Assembly: GCA_013286575.1 (NCBI GenBank)
Contig: JABDFL010000003.1
Span: 12,196 to 76,195, forward strand
DNA length: 64,000 nucleotides
Source of the DNA: Candidatus Omnitrophota bacterium
Lineage (GTDB): Bacteria > Omnitrophota > Gorgyraeia > Zapsychrales > Fredricksoniimonadaceae
Reading direction: 5' to 3'
In this document: positions 15,001 through 21,071 of the stretch, piece by piece
Numbering within the stretch: position 1 is the first letter of the stretch
Layout of the letters: every line of letters starts with the position of its first letter
Notes under the pieces: model-generated
Database searches by the model: none
What the model saw: the letters and a program-made list of their open reading frames with translations, nothing else
Told to the model about the DNA's origin: nothing
Translations under genes and position numbers: made by a program

Positions 15001-18000
15001 AGGGGGCTAAGATCTGATTTTAACTATGTTAATGAGAGGGAATACCTTAATAGATTCATTGTTAGGGTTGTTGCCCCGGGTATTATTTCATCTGTACTAA
15101 CCTTCCTCAGGTTAGCATACAGAAGATGGTATAAAAGAGGAAAAAGAGCAGAAGTAACTGTGTTACATGAAGTTGTAGGAAATGAAGGTTCGAAAACTGT
15201 AGGTGCGGCAAATAGAAAAAACAGTGGCTTAGCGCAAGCTATGTCCGCTGGAAAAGTAGTAGAAGCAAGATCAAGATATACCCGTTCTCGTCCTGGTAAC
15301 AGGACGTTGAGAAGCACGGATGGAATTATAAGTAGAAGCGAACGTAGCCTAAATGGCAAAGCTGCAAGAGGTGTGGGAACTGTGTCCACCATCAAGGCAG
15401 CCAGAGCCATACAAGGCATAAGCGCCCTAGGTGTGCGAGGTGTAGAAATTGCGCCCAAGGGTGGCGACCTAATCGCAAAATATAAAAATAACAATCAAAA
15501 AAATGGTGGAGTAAAGACACAGAAACTGTTTGTCCGCACAGGGAATGGCCCTAAAGAAATTAGGGCCATTCCCGCTGCCGATGCCTCGCAGAACGGCCAG
15601 CCCCGTGAAGTTATCAATGCAGAAATTGCCAGACTAGGAGGCATTCATAGTAATGGATGGTCCAAATTCAGCTTTTGGCAAAGCGTAAAAACGATCTTCC
15701 GGGCAGCCTGGTATTTACCTGCTATGAGTGTTCGGGGGCAGTTTATGTACGAATGGTGGCAAGGGCGCATTGCATTTACCCGCGCCCCGCCGCAATGGAA
15801 ATTCGGCGATGCCAATACCAAAGACGGTGAAGTTGATTATGTTATTGTTTCCCCGCTAAGCACCAGCCGCAGTAAAGCCCATGAAGTCTGGGCAGTGTTA
15901 TATCCCTACGAACCTCATTCACGAAACCCGATTAACCAGTTTACGATGCAAGAAAAAGCAAAAGCTTATCAAAGTATCCTTGATGAAGCAGTTGCAGAAA
16001 AGGTCAGCGACACTGCCAAATTTCTCGGCCGCACACCGCTTGAATTCAGTTATAGGTTTAACAGAAACAGGAAATGGAGTGATCCTAATGAAGTTGTAGA
16101 GGATGGCGATGATATCTCGCTTGTTATTCCTCTGCATGAAGAAGCTGCTTTGCAGGAATATGTCCAAAAAATACGGGCAATCATCCTGGAGTGTATTGCG
16201 CAGGAGAATGTTTGTTTTTCCCCCACAGATGAGCTGCACACCACTATTGGGTACTATATACGCCAGAATAAGGTCGCTGCGGAGAGCATGCAAATGTTGG
16301 AGCCTCACTTTTTAAAATCTGTGCGCGGCATTGGTCCTTATAGCTATACCATCCACCGGCCGTTTTTGGCGGATTCTTTTAGTATCATCATCTCCTTGCG
16401 CACATCTTCCCCGGCTGTCATGCGCATGCGCGAGCGGATAAAGGACTATGGCAGGGAAAATAACATGACCTTGGGCAAAAATGTTGGCATCGGGGACATC
16501 AACCATGTGACGGTCGCCCATATAATAGAAAATGTCGACGTCGCTAAATTAAGAGAATTATATGAGCGCTTAAATCAAGAAGCAGCAGAAATGGAAAATA
16601 GGGACAGCCCAATTGAAGTCCGTGCCCGGCAGGCGGGGTTGGTCCTTGCGCATAAGTGGGCCAGGATCCAGGGGCGGTTCATCCATCTGGGGGTGTGGAA
16701 GAGATTAAAAATCACCGGTGGACCTGATAAGGCAGTTAATTCTTGGGGGAACGGCCCGGATCCTGCCCGCAGCAGTGTGGATTTAAACGCCAGGCAGCGT
16801 GGCCGTTTTTGGAAGCTCCTCAATGGAAAGACTTCCAAACCGGCCCAGGAACCGGATGGGGATACCCGGGTTGAATTAGAAGTCATCAGGTCCCGGGCAA
16901 GGCGCCTATTTTATCAATATGGATTTGATGATTTAGGGGATTGGGCGGCAACTTTGCGTCTAACATTACCCCATTCCAAAACAGCCAGAAGGGTAAGGAA
17001 GTGGTCTCAAGAAGAGGACATGGTTATTTCAGGGGCACATACGAAATCAGCCCCTGGAGGGCCTGCCGACATTTTATTTTTCCCGCCCGCGTTTAAAAGC
17101 AAAAACGAATTATTAAGGACATTTGTCCATGAAGCAGGGGCTTCTTTCGGGTTTCCGCATCAAGCCGATGTCATTTTAGAAAATATTGTCGACGGCAAGA
17201 TCTCAACCCAAGACATCGAGATGTTAAAAGATTTAATGAGATCAATTAAAAGGATGCCGGGGTACAACTATTACGTTTTGCATAATACAAAGAAGGTGCT
17301 CGGCGTGTTTGGGATGTTGCGTAAATATGCGGTGCCCTATTTAAAATCTAAATTTAAGGGCATGCCCATCAAGGCCCTGGAGTATGGATTGCGTCCCCTG
17401 GAACGCTGGTCCATGGCGCCTGTATGGCGGTTTGCCATTGCCTGCGAAGAAGCCGGCATTAGCAATTATGCCATTGATGTTTATGACGAGGACATGGACC
17501 GCTTGCTGGAAGCGGGGGAAGGGGTTTATTTGCCGCAGCATTTTTATGATTTAGAAACGGGTGAGTGGCATGGAAAGGATGGGAAGCGTCTGGCCCAAAA
17601 ATATTTTGACCGGCTGCCTGACGGAAGGTTCCGGATTAAACAGGATATCCGCCGGCGCATCAATCCGCGGACAGACATCGGCGGTGGGTATCATATTATT
17701 ATGCTTAATTATGTTTTTTTCCTTGAAGAAGAAAAGGAAGACGGCGGGAACACCAGGTTGATCGTAAAAAGGGTTGAAGACGCGGCTGTTGATGAGGGGA
17801 TTGTGCTGACAACCGGACGTAAATGGTTTGACCGTCCGTTAGTAACAAATTTTAAAAAGATTGCAGCCTCGTTGACGCCGTATAGGGAAAGAGGCAAGGA
17901 AACGGTCGAGATCAGTTTATATCAGTGTGAAAAAGTTGACTATCAGGACGATAAAGTTTATGAAGAAATTTGGAATGACATCCTCAAAAAGCTTGCTCCC

Positions 18001-21000
18001 TATCTGGGGGAACTGGAATTGATCCGTAATTTCTGGGTTCTGGCTAAAAGTATTTATTCAAAACCCCGCCGGAACCTTCAGAAATACATTATCCATCCCT
18101 TGCGCATGCTGCGCCTGATACTCCCCATGATCGGGACTGCTTTTATCCAAAGGCTGGGCATACCGTTGCATTTATGGGTCATGGCTATTTTAGGGCACGA
18201 TTTCCTGGAAGAAGACAGGCTCCACCAGGCTGAAAATATCAATGCCATACGGGAAGTGTTCGGACACAAAGGCATCCCGATGAAATTTGACAGTAAGCTA
18301 TTGCGCAGCCTTTTGTTTATGATTCTGGTGATGACTCGGGATGTAAAGAGGGACGAGAAACACGAAGAAGAAGATGACAGGGTTTATATCGCCAGATTAG
18401 GGGATTTCAATAAATCATTACAGTTTGTAAACAGGTACTGGAAAACATTATTCCCGGGGGAGAGCCATCCTAATGCCAAAGATTATTTTACACTATTGAC
18501 ACGACGGGAGAAATATATTCTTTGGAGGGCTTCTTTGAATATAAAGGCGGTGGACAGCACTGATTATATGATTGATCCATTCTGGGACAGGCCCTTGAGT
18601 GCCATTTATGACAAAATTGAGAGGAGATTGGCCTGGGTTGGCGTGCTTTTTTCTTATAAAAGCCGTCATCTTGGTCCCAGGAGTTTTATTTTTCCTGAGG
18701 TTTGGGAGCTGATGCAAGATACTTACTTACAGTTGTATATGCCTGAATTGGTCCAGGAAGGGTTACCAGAAGGGCCTATTTCCTCGGCATCGACCGGTGG
18801 CAAGTTGGCAGGTCTATTATTGGTATTAGGAGGTGGGATGCTTTTGGCCCTTCCTGCCCATGCAGCAGAGATAACGCAAAGCTTGGCAGCTGTGGCCCCG
18901 CATGTTTCCCGCATCCCTCAAATACTTTTATCACCCATGGGCTTTATTTTTTTCAGCATAGCAATGATTAGGGCTGGGGGGACACCTGTCGTAAAGGCAA
19001 AGCTTGTAAAGTCATTGATCTCGATACTGCAGGTGTCAATATCATCGGGCGCGAAGTATTTAAAAACCATTACAATCCGTTTTCCGCAGGATGCCGGTGT
19101 GGATTTATCAGCTTTTGAAGGGCCCGTTGGACTGCAAGTCCCTGGAAATCCATTGATCGCATTTCATTTTATCAATGGAAAGTTCAGGATAATCGACGGA
19201 ATGTCTGCCAATGTGCGTCACGGAACGGTAACGATTATTCTTCCGGCTCAATCTAAGATCAGCGATGTGATCATCAGGCTGGGGGATGGAAAAGAAAATA
19301 AGGTCGGCGAGGCAGTTTTGCAGGATGAATTCATCAGGGTCCTTTATCTGGGCAACGGCCGTTTTCATTGGGAGTGGAAAAATGCAGCGTATTTTCATGA
19401 GCATAAAGACCATAGGACCACAACTGCTGCTAAAGCTGCAGTTAAAGATCCATCCATGTCCGCTTCTCGGTCTCTGATAATTGGTGTTGCCGGTGTATTA
19501 GCATCATTATTTATTCCCGGCTTTGCGCATGCCGGAACATTTGCGTATATTTTTGGAGATATTTTTGTTCTGGATAATCTTTTTCTTCCTTCAAACATCA
19601 AGTTAATAGGGTTGGTGCTATGGATGCTTCTTATGGGGGCAGTCATAGTTTTTTGCGGCATTATGATGTTCCGTGGGGAGAGAGGTAGTCCTATTCGGGC
19701 AAACCCGGCGGCTGGTTCCGCCGGAGGGTTCAAATTTATTGTCAGTCTTTTTGAAAATCCACGATGGCCATTGTACCAAGTCTTTGGCCCAAGCTTTCAG
19801 AGGATCATTAAAAACACCTTCGGTCCCATGGAGGGGCTGGCATTGGCTGATATTGGGACATTTGATCTGTATTTTCCCGCCGAAATATCTCGTCAGGTAA
19901 GCGTGAAAATTTTAAGCGCTATTTGGGGTATCGATAAAGAGCTCCCGGCAGAATACGAAGGTGACGTTGTTAAATTGAGCTCCAGGGCCGTAGCATATGT
20001 TACAAGGGTCATGCAGGAGCGCCAAGCCGATCCTCGCATTAAACATAAAATATTAGACATCACCTCAGATGCCGGCGACTTGTTTTTAATGCAGGGAGAC
20101 ATTCATATCCTGACGTTCAATCACCCGGAACTTGGGAAAGAAGTAATGGACAGGATATTAAGAGCTTTTAGTCTTTCAGAAGGTCCCAAGCTGGTTTTGA
20201 TGAGGCTTCATCCCATGGATGACAGCGACAATACTTATAAGGAATGGATTATTGGCGGGCTCAGGGCATTGGGGTACACGGTTAAAATTTATCCTTCATT
20301 AAAGGGCTATCCCAACAGTTGGAGCACTGCGATCTACACGCCCCATGGGCCGGTTATTGTGGCCAGCCGTCCTGTTGGGGACGGGGAGAAATACGCACAA
20401 GATCCGATTTTTAATATGCAACACCCGGCCCGCACATTTACCGCAGTTGGCATTGCTTTCTTGGCCGTCTTGACCTCACCCGTTGCCCATGCCGCCGAGA
20501 GGAGTACAGGTTTTATGGGGGGGACAGGGACCGGTTTATCATGGTTAATAGGACTGATGTTAGTTTTAGTTGCGTGGCCATTTTTGGTTATTGCATGGGA
20601 TTACTTGAGTGGGATTTTTTGGTTCCGGCAGAAAGATTTATTTTTACAACAGGCATGGTTTATCGAGAAGCAGCTTTCAGACCTGGACAGATCACAGGAA
20701 AATAGAAAGGGCAGTCCCGCGTTTTATCAGGGAGGGCTTAATAGATGGCTTAGAGAATGGGAGAATTTATGTCAAGAAAATAGGAATCTCACAAATGGAA
20801 TTGCGGTATTCTTTGTCCCCTGGCGAGATTTTGATCATAGAATCAGCACTGTTAAAAAAAGGATCCAGGCCAGGATCAATGGGACCGAAGTTCCGTCGCC
20901 AACCGGCCACCCAGCCGCCGAAAGCCGGTTGCAAGGGACCATGTCCCTGTTCAGGAATTTAGCCGACAAAAGTATTTTATTACCGGCCATTTTGCTTATG

Positions 21001-21036
21001 GCAGCTACGACCGGCATAACCGCTGGTTTTATGTAA
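1..21036 (+). CDS. giant multidomain protein, 5' end outside the window (>7,000 aa)
   Basis: The track gives one uninterrupted frame-1 ORF at 25..21036 (7003 aa). Codons 1-24 are also stop-free, so the gene is open to the left edge. The TAA stop is at 21034-21036. A 21-kb stop-free frame cannot arise by chance at this base composition. Recognisable modules are listed as separate features. Confidence 0.9.
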   Translation, partial: GPGQTLDILQPEGSGTSGGDESQKYSVMNRIYGTATQYAGNISSITGNIGIALNVDPSTGAITGFDQSPLDMPGAHYVVPDQFYNPYLTAQNVSPAGASVPGQLPGIYIGTNSDGTDKRFAQGEFTVTNTGIDASEGSILANVVQDHSMLSNGKIVSTPTGDKWVVADNKNMVITEQLQNGTWVKMAGLSSISGDVDTWDLKNNVLEKSESMNNFEDAWHHSWFSAGMGDAIDVVDKILAIRLVGGTGMDWMASDSTGAPQAGEIKQYFEVKSGDVNVDSRALGNAVSSNNGPMLLNLTQDKSGYGFGFDLMTAMNAEQHDVGGELQTTQGTTNLGTAYTANTDASQLINIGNGLRAGGTIVFNPFQTFGINIDPDNTIVKHEDTMTVAKPADQGGAAGLAVLQDVNLVYQPTANAEGWELDSKDSTTKGYSLTWAKANENEESTSVAVANILGFETYDIASSTATVSNDNSAIALDGSLLLPTITVTAKKEDKPSLLEQGDVIWGFGTDKGQAPPEWEIQSGSEQMTTTTVGKDLNLSRGQFQSELNLDPSGLNMQSFGTLLLTAKGAIHTAGEGGFVTPGGGSISQGTTIEYDPDAANGFKTIEKPYTLSEILAGGRATQTFFPDTEMRAAPSTWDQITDAILHPINWISGEWELDTVENQNREKFTEATGIYTEPTKLAMAYRYIMVSSMLLGGNPLGETSLFGSGSSLMTNGFKSIGGLYGLTGAKAIWTGVGTTMGVAGASTTGINLYEGNSLGRSLAYGAFATAAVPSLYLLAGGAGALGGSNLSLAERFVQNGLGVSSDTAGYTYALFGTRLVASETLTLGVPNAFSLYNNHGLLPWQTQATLLTAGFSYPLAKLFSTSLVPTENEVLGAGYRVLQNAVSQGLTWGEINVGVSAAEKAYEGKDVSAANLWTDYQNGFWNGLLFGSVAGVAGEIAGSNLSTVSKYALAGGIGSLGNVAAGYLHSTQEHPYTWKQAEEDSLVGAAMGALGLTSLKNVEFLQGLSLGNKAAVYATSAIVGAGSRILDEDIFHSDEKNAYTMDRAISDATVGAGMGLLGMKFLSGLKDSGIEQTAEQRFASKMLADNLLDTSVKGALKWITVSPAFTVGNALWNGHLGDINISKGDAFDLVESAINGPLSGRWMNVIFNASQVQGVTPSEGSVRQILQNLQKGPLESALGQHAWSNIIYMPGFMTLTNKATASVDAVLPAPVMGEMTKQFLSFGAMTALPAYGTRGIKELTTGYESLNEGKIESAEKSFQNAVDLDPNNMQARVGLASVQDALGRTTPDAIDNFQKLGAYALETANSGTLDLVVRGLASAGELEAAQTLNSKAIDSGKFSNTEALTQRQTVFNQALELPRNSVASPEDVGAQIDNLASAAQAQSKAQYKSLVGDLVAVARGLSGKSIDQGRNFSTLFGNAALTHAADSSKINVALNLAISYQRVRDFNKGLDILQRLPNGARINRSILGMEDELMQGLQRINTAARTLAEDGDFQESVNLLTQRGDNESLTRTIPIILRAINEGETIDVLGMKISKIEDMPALLERIKTQVNREEFSTELDSLWNQVSSRLAEAQKATAGDHDLIGKNHAAVDWTQARKNAVGQAVEEMVQGLKANRTFNLRNGTIEIHLVKSGSLPEGFESGMGVIKRNSDGTTRTIILVEDAKALGHEVKEADFRYRMDMHRIWVESGGKEGMKATDQQLALWSKNGFKVDDISTDSNAAHRSVVEVGFGEGKKVAVPRAPPAVGEAQGNYDVFGEGHISQTPSQSLSSGMEASVIDQFSTSIDNLLRDADKQTALENAGEAQGEAAFLSLYTQIFREYRGQKVEANDSSIQNQGTLLRESRRLLRELLTLKNQYGQALKDKDDTEGLKRLDALFAGTVRFTQAMDNFDFGSRAQAEVRDTYQIKAIEALEKLAQDDPVNAAKYLLKATEYQTLRSLDQEDFQSTGGPNGTERVDTAFKRAQDFLKAAREADTKKEYTEQLNALERKLNSDEQLIKTHQDIVIAYNLILKAAEIQMSKGPEGQIKAQAKEALNAIQRATDRLGINDDLQPIFKHLNDLRRMVTAIEETGYVADVSGSDVKKAIESNRSIAPSGETAREKSVREFTDGLRRLQNLKLILRHDILHPQKELASVLRDAYKAFNDWEKPRVKTLENVGNSKYDPDAMIEESRRTWLEPIKGLNVDLARSINDLIRGDSAKYQLGKEALFRSIQDQLEQPGSKWSLEEFSAIVDIFKTVHRLNMEKENKSWTVKSEDIAGLKAMIDYVQGDGKNPLVWVKMMSGGKTMLYRALAEQLATKGIGGKKYSTVISTANRDLAKELENNIFYRPKEDRSGKVILTEENLKPISGRILVLTHQELMEIALHEVKTGKNLLKGYDVNLIDEIHALMNSAPLIDGTAFENGRRVYQSLDQTNQTKVKDWRKAEELLDQIARQVDAQVREYEGGSIFEYTRKGDGAAIIGSRGIKESFKAEVEKKWREAALAQGIHVENLYSEDQINKELMENVAFAIEGYGKDSYKVDFKNGELFIAPVEHGDNTGRINWNQIFGDGGKGFNARSRMVIAHLNNLAKIGELKSASGRKLQGIDDLSYFIKVMHDQTSMAMPANALELVGKKIGATGTPDEAAGALSARNSSYVQFEKNITLDMLNVDGRYFKSRQAKLDYIADEVVKSLIAQRDGELGNKNVFKLIHLNELRDRQDLYNLIAGKLRAVNIEQSGILHLADLPEARPVPNEQKSESELNTIQKIANRFDAGDYIGKNLIVIASVKEGVSFSEKGIMDKNVLSQVGIQGTRLDPNYRGEDGIWEDVLDKDGKPTEKVRLKENVNLEANETEFKRIAGKNAEEVWHILQDARGYDAEVIVASLGSKSAVLQTLMRLNTMDPEKAKNNPAAAEIYEAVKGNRLTAKATILTDAEDRNLTNDSRASFENPKIGFLDAAQEVMTKMALNQVAHGILNVSRQTEGSSIEKVSEVIRQFDQRLMDNFVRQVGTRQTLGGLPYMVVPQSGGFAYYKDNSLGSDFGNATEDQYEGDFKHMLSLAGATGLHVDKNGGAIVPSGHVYNIETGDVWALNNYNRPEAERGDALGTVVRMVVPKEYVSPYSDTPVTHEERSVLAKITPESQTKSERVAVVNTHWNWIVSGIISKRVNVRLNWIANQTMTPEFKGGFLAGNNPIQIGGQEWTSEDPIKQTETDHLGTVYLVKEGKGTKDIKKGDVKFVVIKGQIHPIAKGQDSLKAIIDHEITLPDETRRDIKMEVEVAIKDGKVTEKRGVLKLESPIRTQRTVIKSNGKMVEETVELEDGDKLELLKTKNLGVKITEISGKNDGKPKFYMQENKLYQAVKFKNEGYGFVLPSIVKIAKVQGSPSGMYETVMDKVFIKRASGEIELDHIGMRTKGENGKPEILEKTGEIKQGRRTVGYLHNDQRFDIDRNNPLAPVVWVNDDLAGRRLLKVLGYSPTARRNNKNQIAVPLSKFRKYVLKIKQQVEILGTATDELRQKNYAKGDESAKKAIEAAKSLLDLFGIGYTESTDKGKPVLVINPSESTHPLAELVNFVSQLNGLGKKVKDGADKKIPARVVFNPYLEDKGTAGLMGNEQMDIGPSSFIAYASDFARLEAGVLEHEAFGHGMGRSLRMMRTYTLVGQGTIIDLSSDHQRSQQGIYGGYKSVNEALTNPIIEAGLKFLTGLRLLFMGNIKQARRFFQEAATVIERGRNIAYSIADRFGEALTVVNKAMAGDKEKAKDIIWHNDSETGIPLATVILRDDAGKAIVAVAIPIPEKELPDDVKNKKGNELLQVLLEKSKKLILEHASIMAVREAILGRYGYDKPLWDFINNNLTTDSELWDDTADKDQNKYKAKIRQLTIENALKDSGMVQAIEAIKQAGILSEQNATPVNVMRIISSILSSGQKPQVSKDKKVYTYTDPRNNRSFTINLETNKIIFSKGSASINQFNDIQQDWEEAVAKRKAERNARAKELQEQMQKAERDSAIEASERTLDEVIAMTLNPNEPIRLSRIETGDAASNVYQVELADRMLLNHETAYLQAGIENKVLSAKSKMLRRTITDAEAMAEGVTAKGQDFLGKDLVDQVNLSSESWFGRKKLTNMSTAVRIVWNQLVKDQKVAFENGKWVQKQKFAVLFTARDEAEDAEHPNARRELIEHESTHGRFFTEDDFRDATYEIWRSKLSKRQKKEVEKFLDKMGYDKHQPWLMATEFGAWFRDFKSVTDITEKSDKLGELFNNETLRKSFVAVQDELIKMESDAGYRAKLASTYRAQNIPPAVEPQPERQTNTRRPAVEAAPTLASNSPVVSSGEKTIDMVIPGESGSKLQPIIVPSNILPSNNFTSSSYSVTFMPDGYPTTASAPQGDQTNGNSFEQIQLTPITQSISLQDGRDSYRLAAEEASVKTQSAPSANPSDSAMTGISGKVVSGAAWKPGSSTRVSAESVNNASMVNNYSDDGVVLLTFWLKKYGVETTVTLMIENLAGFARTFVAIDPNDFDKDSTLESWKEAQDFITKLMRGLTKQKFEVDLRAASVVRIKRGQNPKFVRGMLMELAELYVGNVPGGQVLYADAMGVKKPVVRVVFHASKKIASSPAAFRNETTHRSLLQRINNEFAALIHQFNSKEIAASPLAPRNDMMGTSPSPKARSIQLPGFKNTVMSNIVAQSNAVVRENIPSFTRALLLQAAAHDPDLFMSFAKGIPLARGELPESVRYYVLSHSSAFIPPLVAAQARYNSETALQQALALTLPPVSNVGSSVATESNVVSLINPSMVATDQADDIAMTTWQHGNLIKWQKSGARYSDPKKDGAMIYIDFALKGRLLPLRGNTDASMKAALGVAPDDFLNIDAGDTNDSGMMVIKDLESPAIQQARERLRSTVVYIIRHIQFPGATKKEVRRRMQIIWTEVLRMYGKIEAKDVWLEAKNRAKRMLNGVSNTLRLLPGMMPPVNGPGRTWPKADERAAAIVMPFTPTAPKERPGGPPGPPAPEIAPAPPTTPGAFLRASFVRNAGMRGLRSDFNYVNEREYLNRFIVRVVAPGIISSVLTFLRLAYRRWYKRGKRAEVTVLHEVVGNEGSKTVGAANRKNSGLAQAMSAGKVVEARSRYTRSRPGNRTLRSTDGIISRSERSLNGKAARGVGTVSTIKAARAIQGISALGVRGVEIAPKGGDLIAKYKNNNQKNGGVKTQKLFVRTGNGPKEIRAIPAADASQNGQPREVINAEIARLGGIHSNGWSKFSFWQSVKTIFRAAWYLPAMSVRGQFMYEWWQGRIAFTRAPPQWKFGDANTKDGEVDYVIVSPLSTSRSKAHEVWAVLYPYEPHSRNPINQFTMQEKAKAYQSILDEAVAEKVSDTAKFLGRTPLEFSYRFNRNRKWSDPNEVVEDGDDISLVIPLHEEAALQEYVQKIRAIILECIAQENVCFSPTDELHTTIGYYIRQNKVAAESMQMLEPHFLKSVRGIGPYSYTIHRPFLADSFSIIISLRTSSPAVMRMRERIKDYGRENNMTLGKNVGIGDINHVTVAHIIENVDVAKLRELYERLNQEAAEMENRDSPIEVRARQAGLVLAHKWARIQGRFIHLGVWKRLKITGGPDKAVNSWGNGPDPARSSVDLNARQRGRFWKLLNGKTSKPAQEPDGDTRVELEVIRSRARRLFYQYGFDDLGDWAATLRLTLPHSKTARRVRKWSQEEDMVISGAHTKSAPGGPADILFFPPAFKSKNELLRTFVHEAGASFGFPHQADVILENIVDGKISTQDIEMLKDLMRSIKRMPGYNYYVLHNTKKVLGVFGMLRKYAVPYLKSKFKGMPIKALEYGLRPLERWSMAPVWRFAIACEEAGISNYAIDVYDEDMDRLLEAGEGVYLPQHFYDLETGEWHGKDGKRLAQKYFDRLPDGRFRIKQDIRRRINPRTDIGGGYHIIMLNYVFFLEEEKEDGGNTRLIVKRVEDAAVDEGIVLTTGRKWFDRPLVTNFKKIAASLTPYRERGKETVEISLYQCEKVDYQDDKVYEEIWNDILKKLAPYLGELELIRNFWVLAKSIYSKPRRNLQKYIIHPLRMLRLILPMIGTAFIQRLGIPLHLWVMAILGHDFLEEDRLHQAENINAIREVFGHKGIPMKFDSKLLRSLLFMILVMTRDVKRDEKHEEEDDRVYIARLGDFNKSLQFVNRYWKTLFPGESHPNAKDYFTLLTRREKYILWRASLNIKAVDSTDYMIDPFWDRPLSAIYDKIERRLAWVGVLFSYKSRHLGPRSFIFPEVWELMQDTYLQLYMPELVQEGLPEGPISSASTGGKLAGLLLVLGGGMLLALPAHAAEITQSLAAVAPHVSRIPQILLSPMGFIFFSIAMIRAGGTPVVKAKLVKSLISILQVSISSGAKYLKTITIRFPQDAGVDLSAFEGPVGLQVPGNPLIAFHFINGKFRIIDGMSANVRHGTVTIILPAQSKISDVIIRLGDGKENKVGEAVLQDEFIRVLYLGNGRFHWEWKNAAYFHEHKDHRTTTAAKAAVKDPSMSASRSLIIGVAGVLASLFIPGFAHAGTFAYIFGDIFVLDNLFLPSNIKLIGLVLWMLLMGAVIVFCGIMMFRGERGSPIRANPAAGSAGGFKFIVSLFENPRWPLYQVFGPSFQRIIKNTFGPMEGLALADIGTFDLYFPAEISRQVSVKILSAIWGIDKELPAEYEGDVVKLSSRAVAYVTRVMQERQADPRIKHKILDITSDAGDLFLMQGDIHILTFNHPELGKEVMDRILRAFSLSEGPKLVLMRLHPMDDSDNTYKEWIIGGLRALGYTVKIYPSLKGYPNSWSTAIYTPHGPVIVASRPVGDGEKYAQDPIFNMQHPARTFTAVGIAFLAVLTSPVAHAAERSTGFMGGTGTGLSWLIGLMLVLVAWPFLVIAWDYLSGIFWFRQKDLFLQQAWFIEKQLSDLDRSQENRKGSPAFYQGGLNRWLREWENLCQENRNLTNGIAVFFVPWRDFDHRISTVKKRIQARINGTEVPSPTGHPAAESRLQGTMSLFRNLADKSILLPAILLMAATTGITAGFM
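3750..3880 (+). other. TPR-like repeat inside the giant ORF
   Basis: The translation 'NEGKIESAEKSFQNAVDLDPNNMQARVGLASVQDALGR' has the typical TPR pattern (A..F..A..LDP.N..A...LA). Further helical repeats probably follow. Confidence 0.4.
6750..8400 (+). other. SecA-like DEAD motor / SF2 ATPase module inside the giant ORF
   Basis: A Walker A-like 'KMMSGGKTML' is at nt 6851-6865, and 'NLIDEIHALMNSAPLIDG' (DEIH at nt 7153-7164) resembles SecA 'VDEVDSILIDEARTPLI'. 'KIGATGTPDEAAG' (nt 7849-7866) resembles SecA 'LAGMTGTADTE', and a later 'NLIVIASVKEGVSF' resembles 'VTIATNMAGRGTDI'. The order and spacing of these motifs match the SecA NBD1, insert, NBD2 layout. Confidence 0.5.
13736..13775 (-). repeat. 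type-1 palindromic repeat copy (decayed), in frame inside the giant ORF
   Basis: The reverse complement 'gtttcattacggaaagccgcaggcgacgaagcaatctttt' matches the family consensus GTGTCATTGCGAG..N..CGACGAAGCAATCTTTT. It is translated as 'KKIASSPAAFRNET'. Confidence 0.7.
13843..13883 (-). repeat. type-1 palindromic repeat copy, in frame inside the giant ORF
   Basis: The reverse complement 'atgtcattgcgaggagccaacggcgacgcggcaatctcttt' matches the family consensus. It is translated as 'KEIAASPLAPRNDM' and lies about 105 nt from the previous copy. Confidence 0.75.
16090..16600 (+). other. 2H phosphoesterase (LigT / cyclic phosphodiesterase-like) module inside the giant ORF
   Basis: There are two H-x-T-x motifs about 90 aa apart, 'ELHTTIGYY' (nt 16237-16248) and 'INHVTVAHI' (nt 16504-16515). 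They are preceded by 'ISLVIPL', which is the layout of the 2H superfamily. Confidence 0.55.
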
Positions 21037-21071
21037 AAAAATAATAACCCCCATTAGAAAGGAGAACGGCC

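Noticed and set aside
438-20102. Dozens of 60-156 aa ORFs on the minus strand and in other frames within 1-21036 (for example 13335..13802 and 15024..15494)
   Set aside because: All of them are nested in the giant stop-free frame and have no RBS or recognisable motifs. They are longest where GC is highest, as expected for shadow ORFs.
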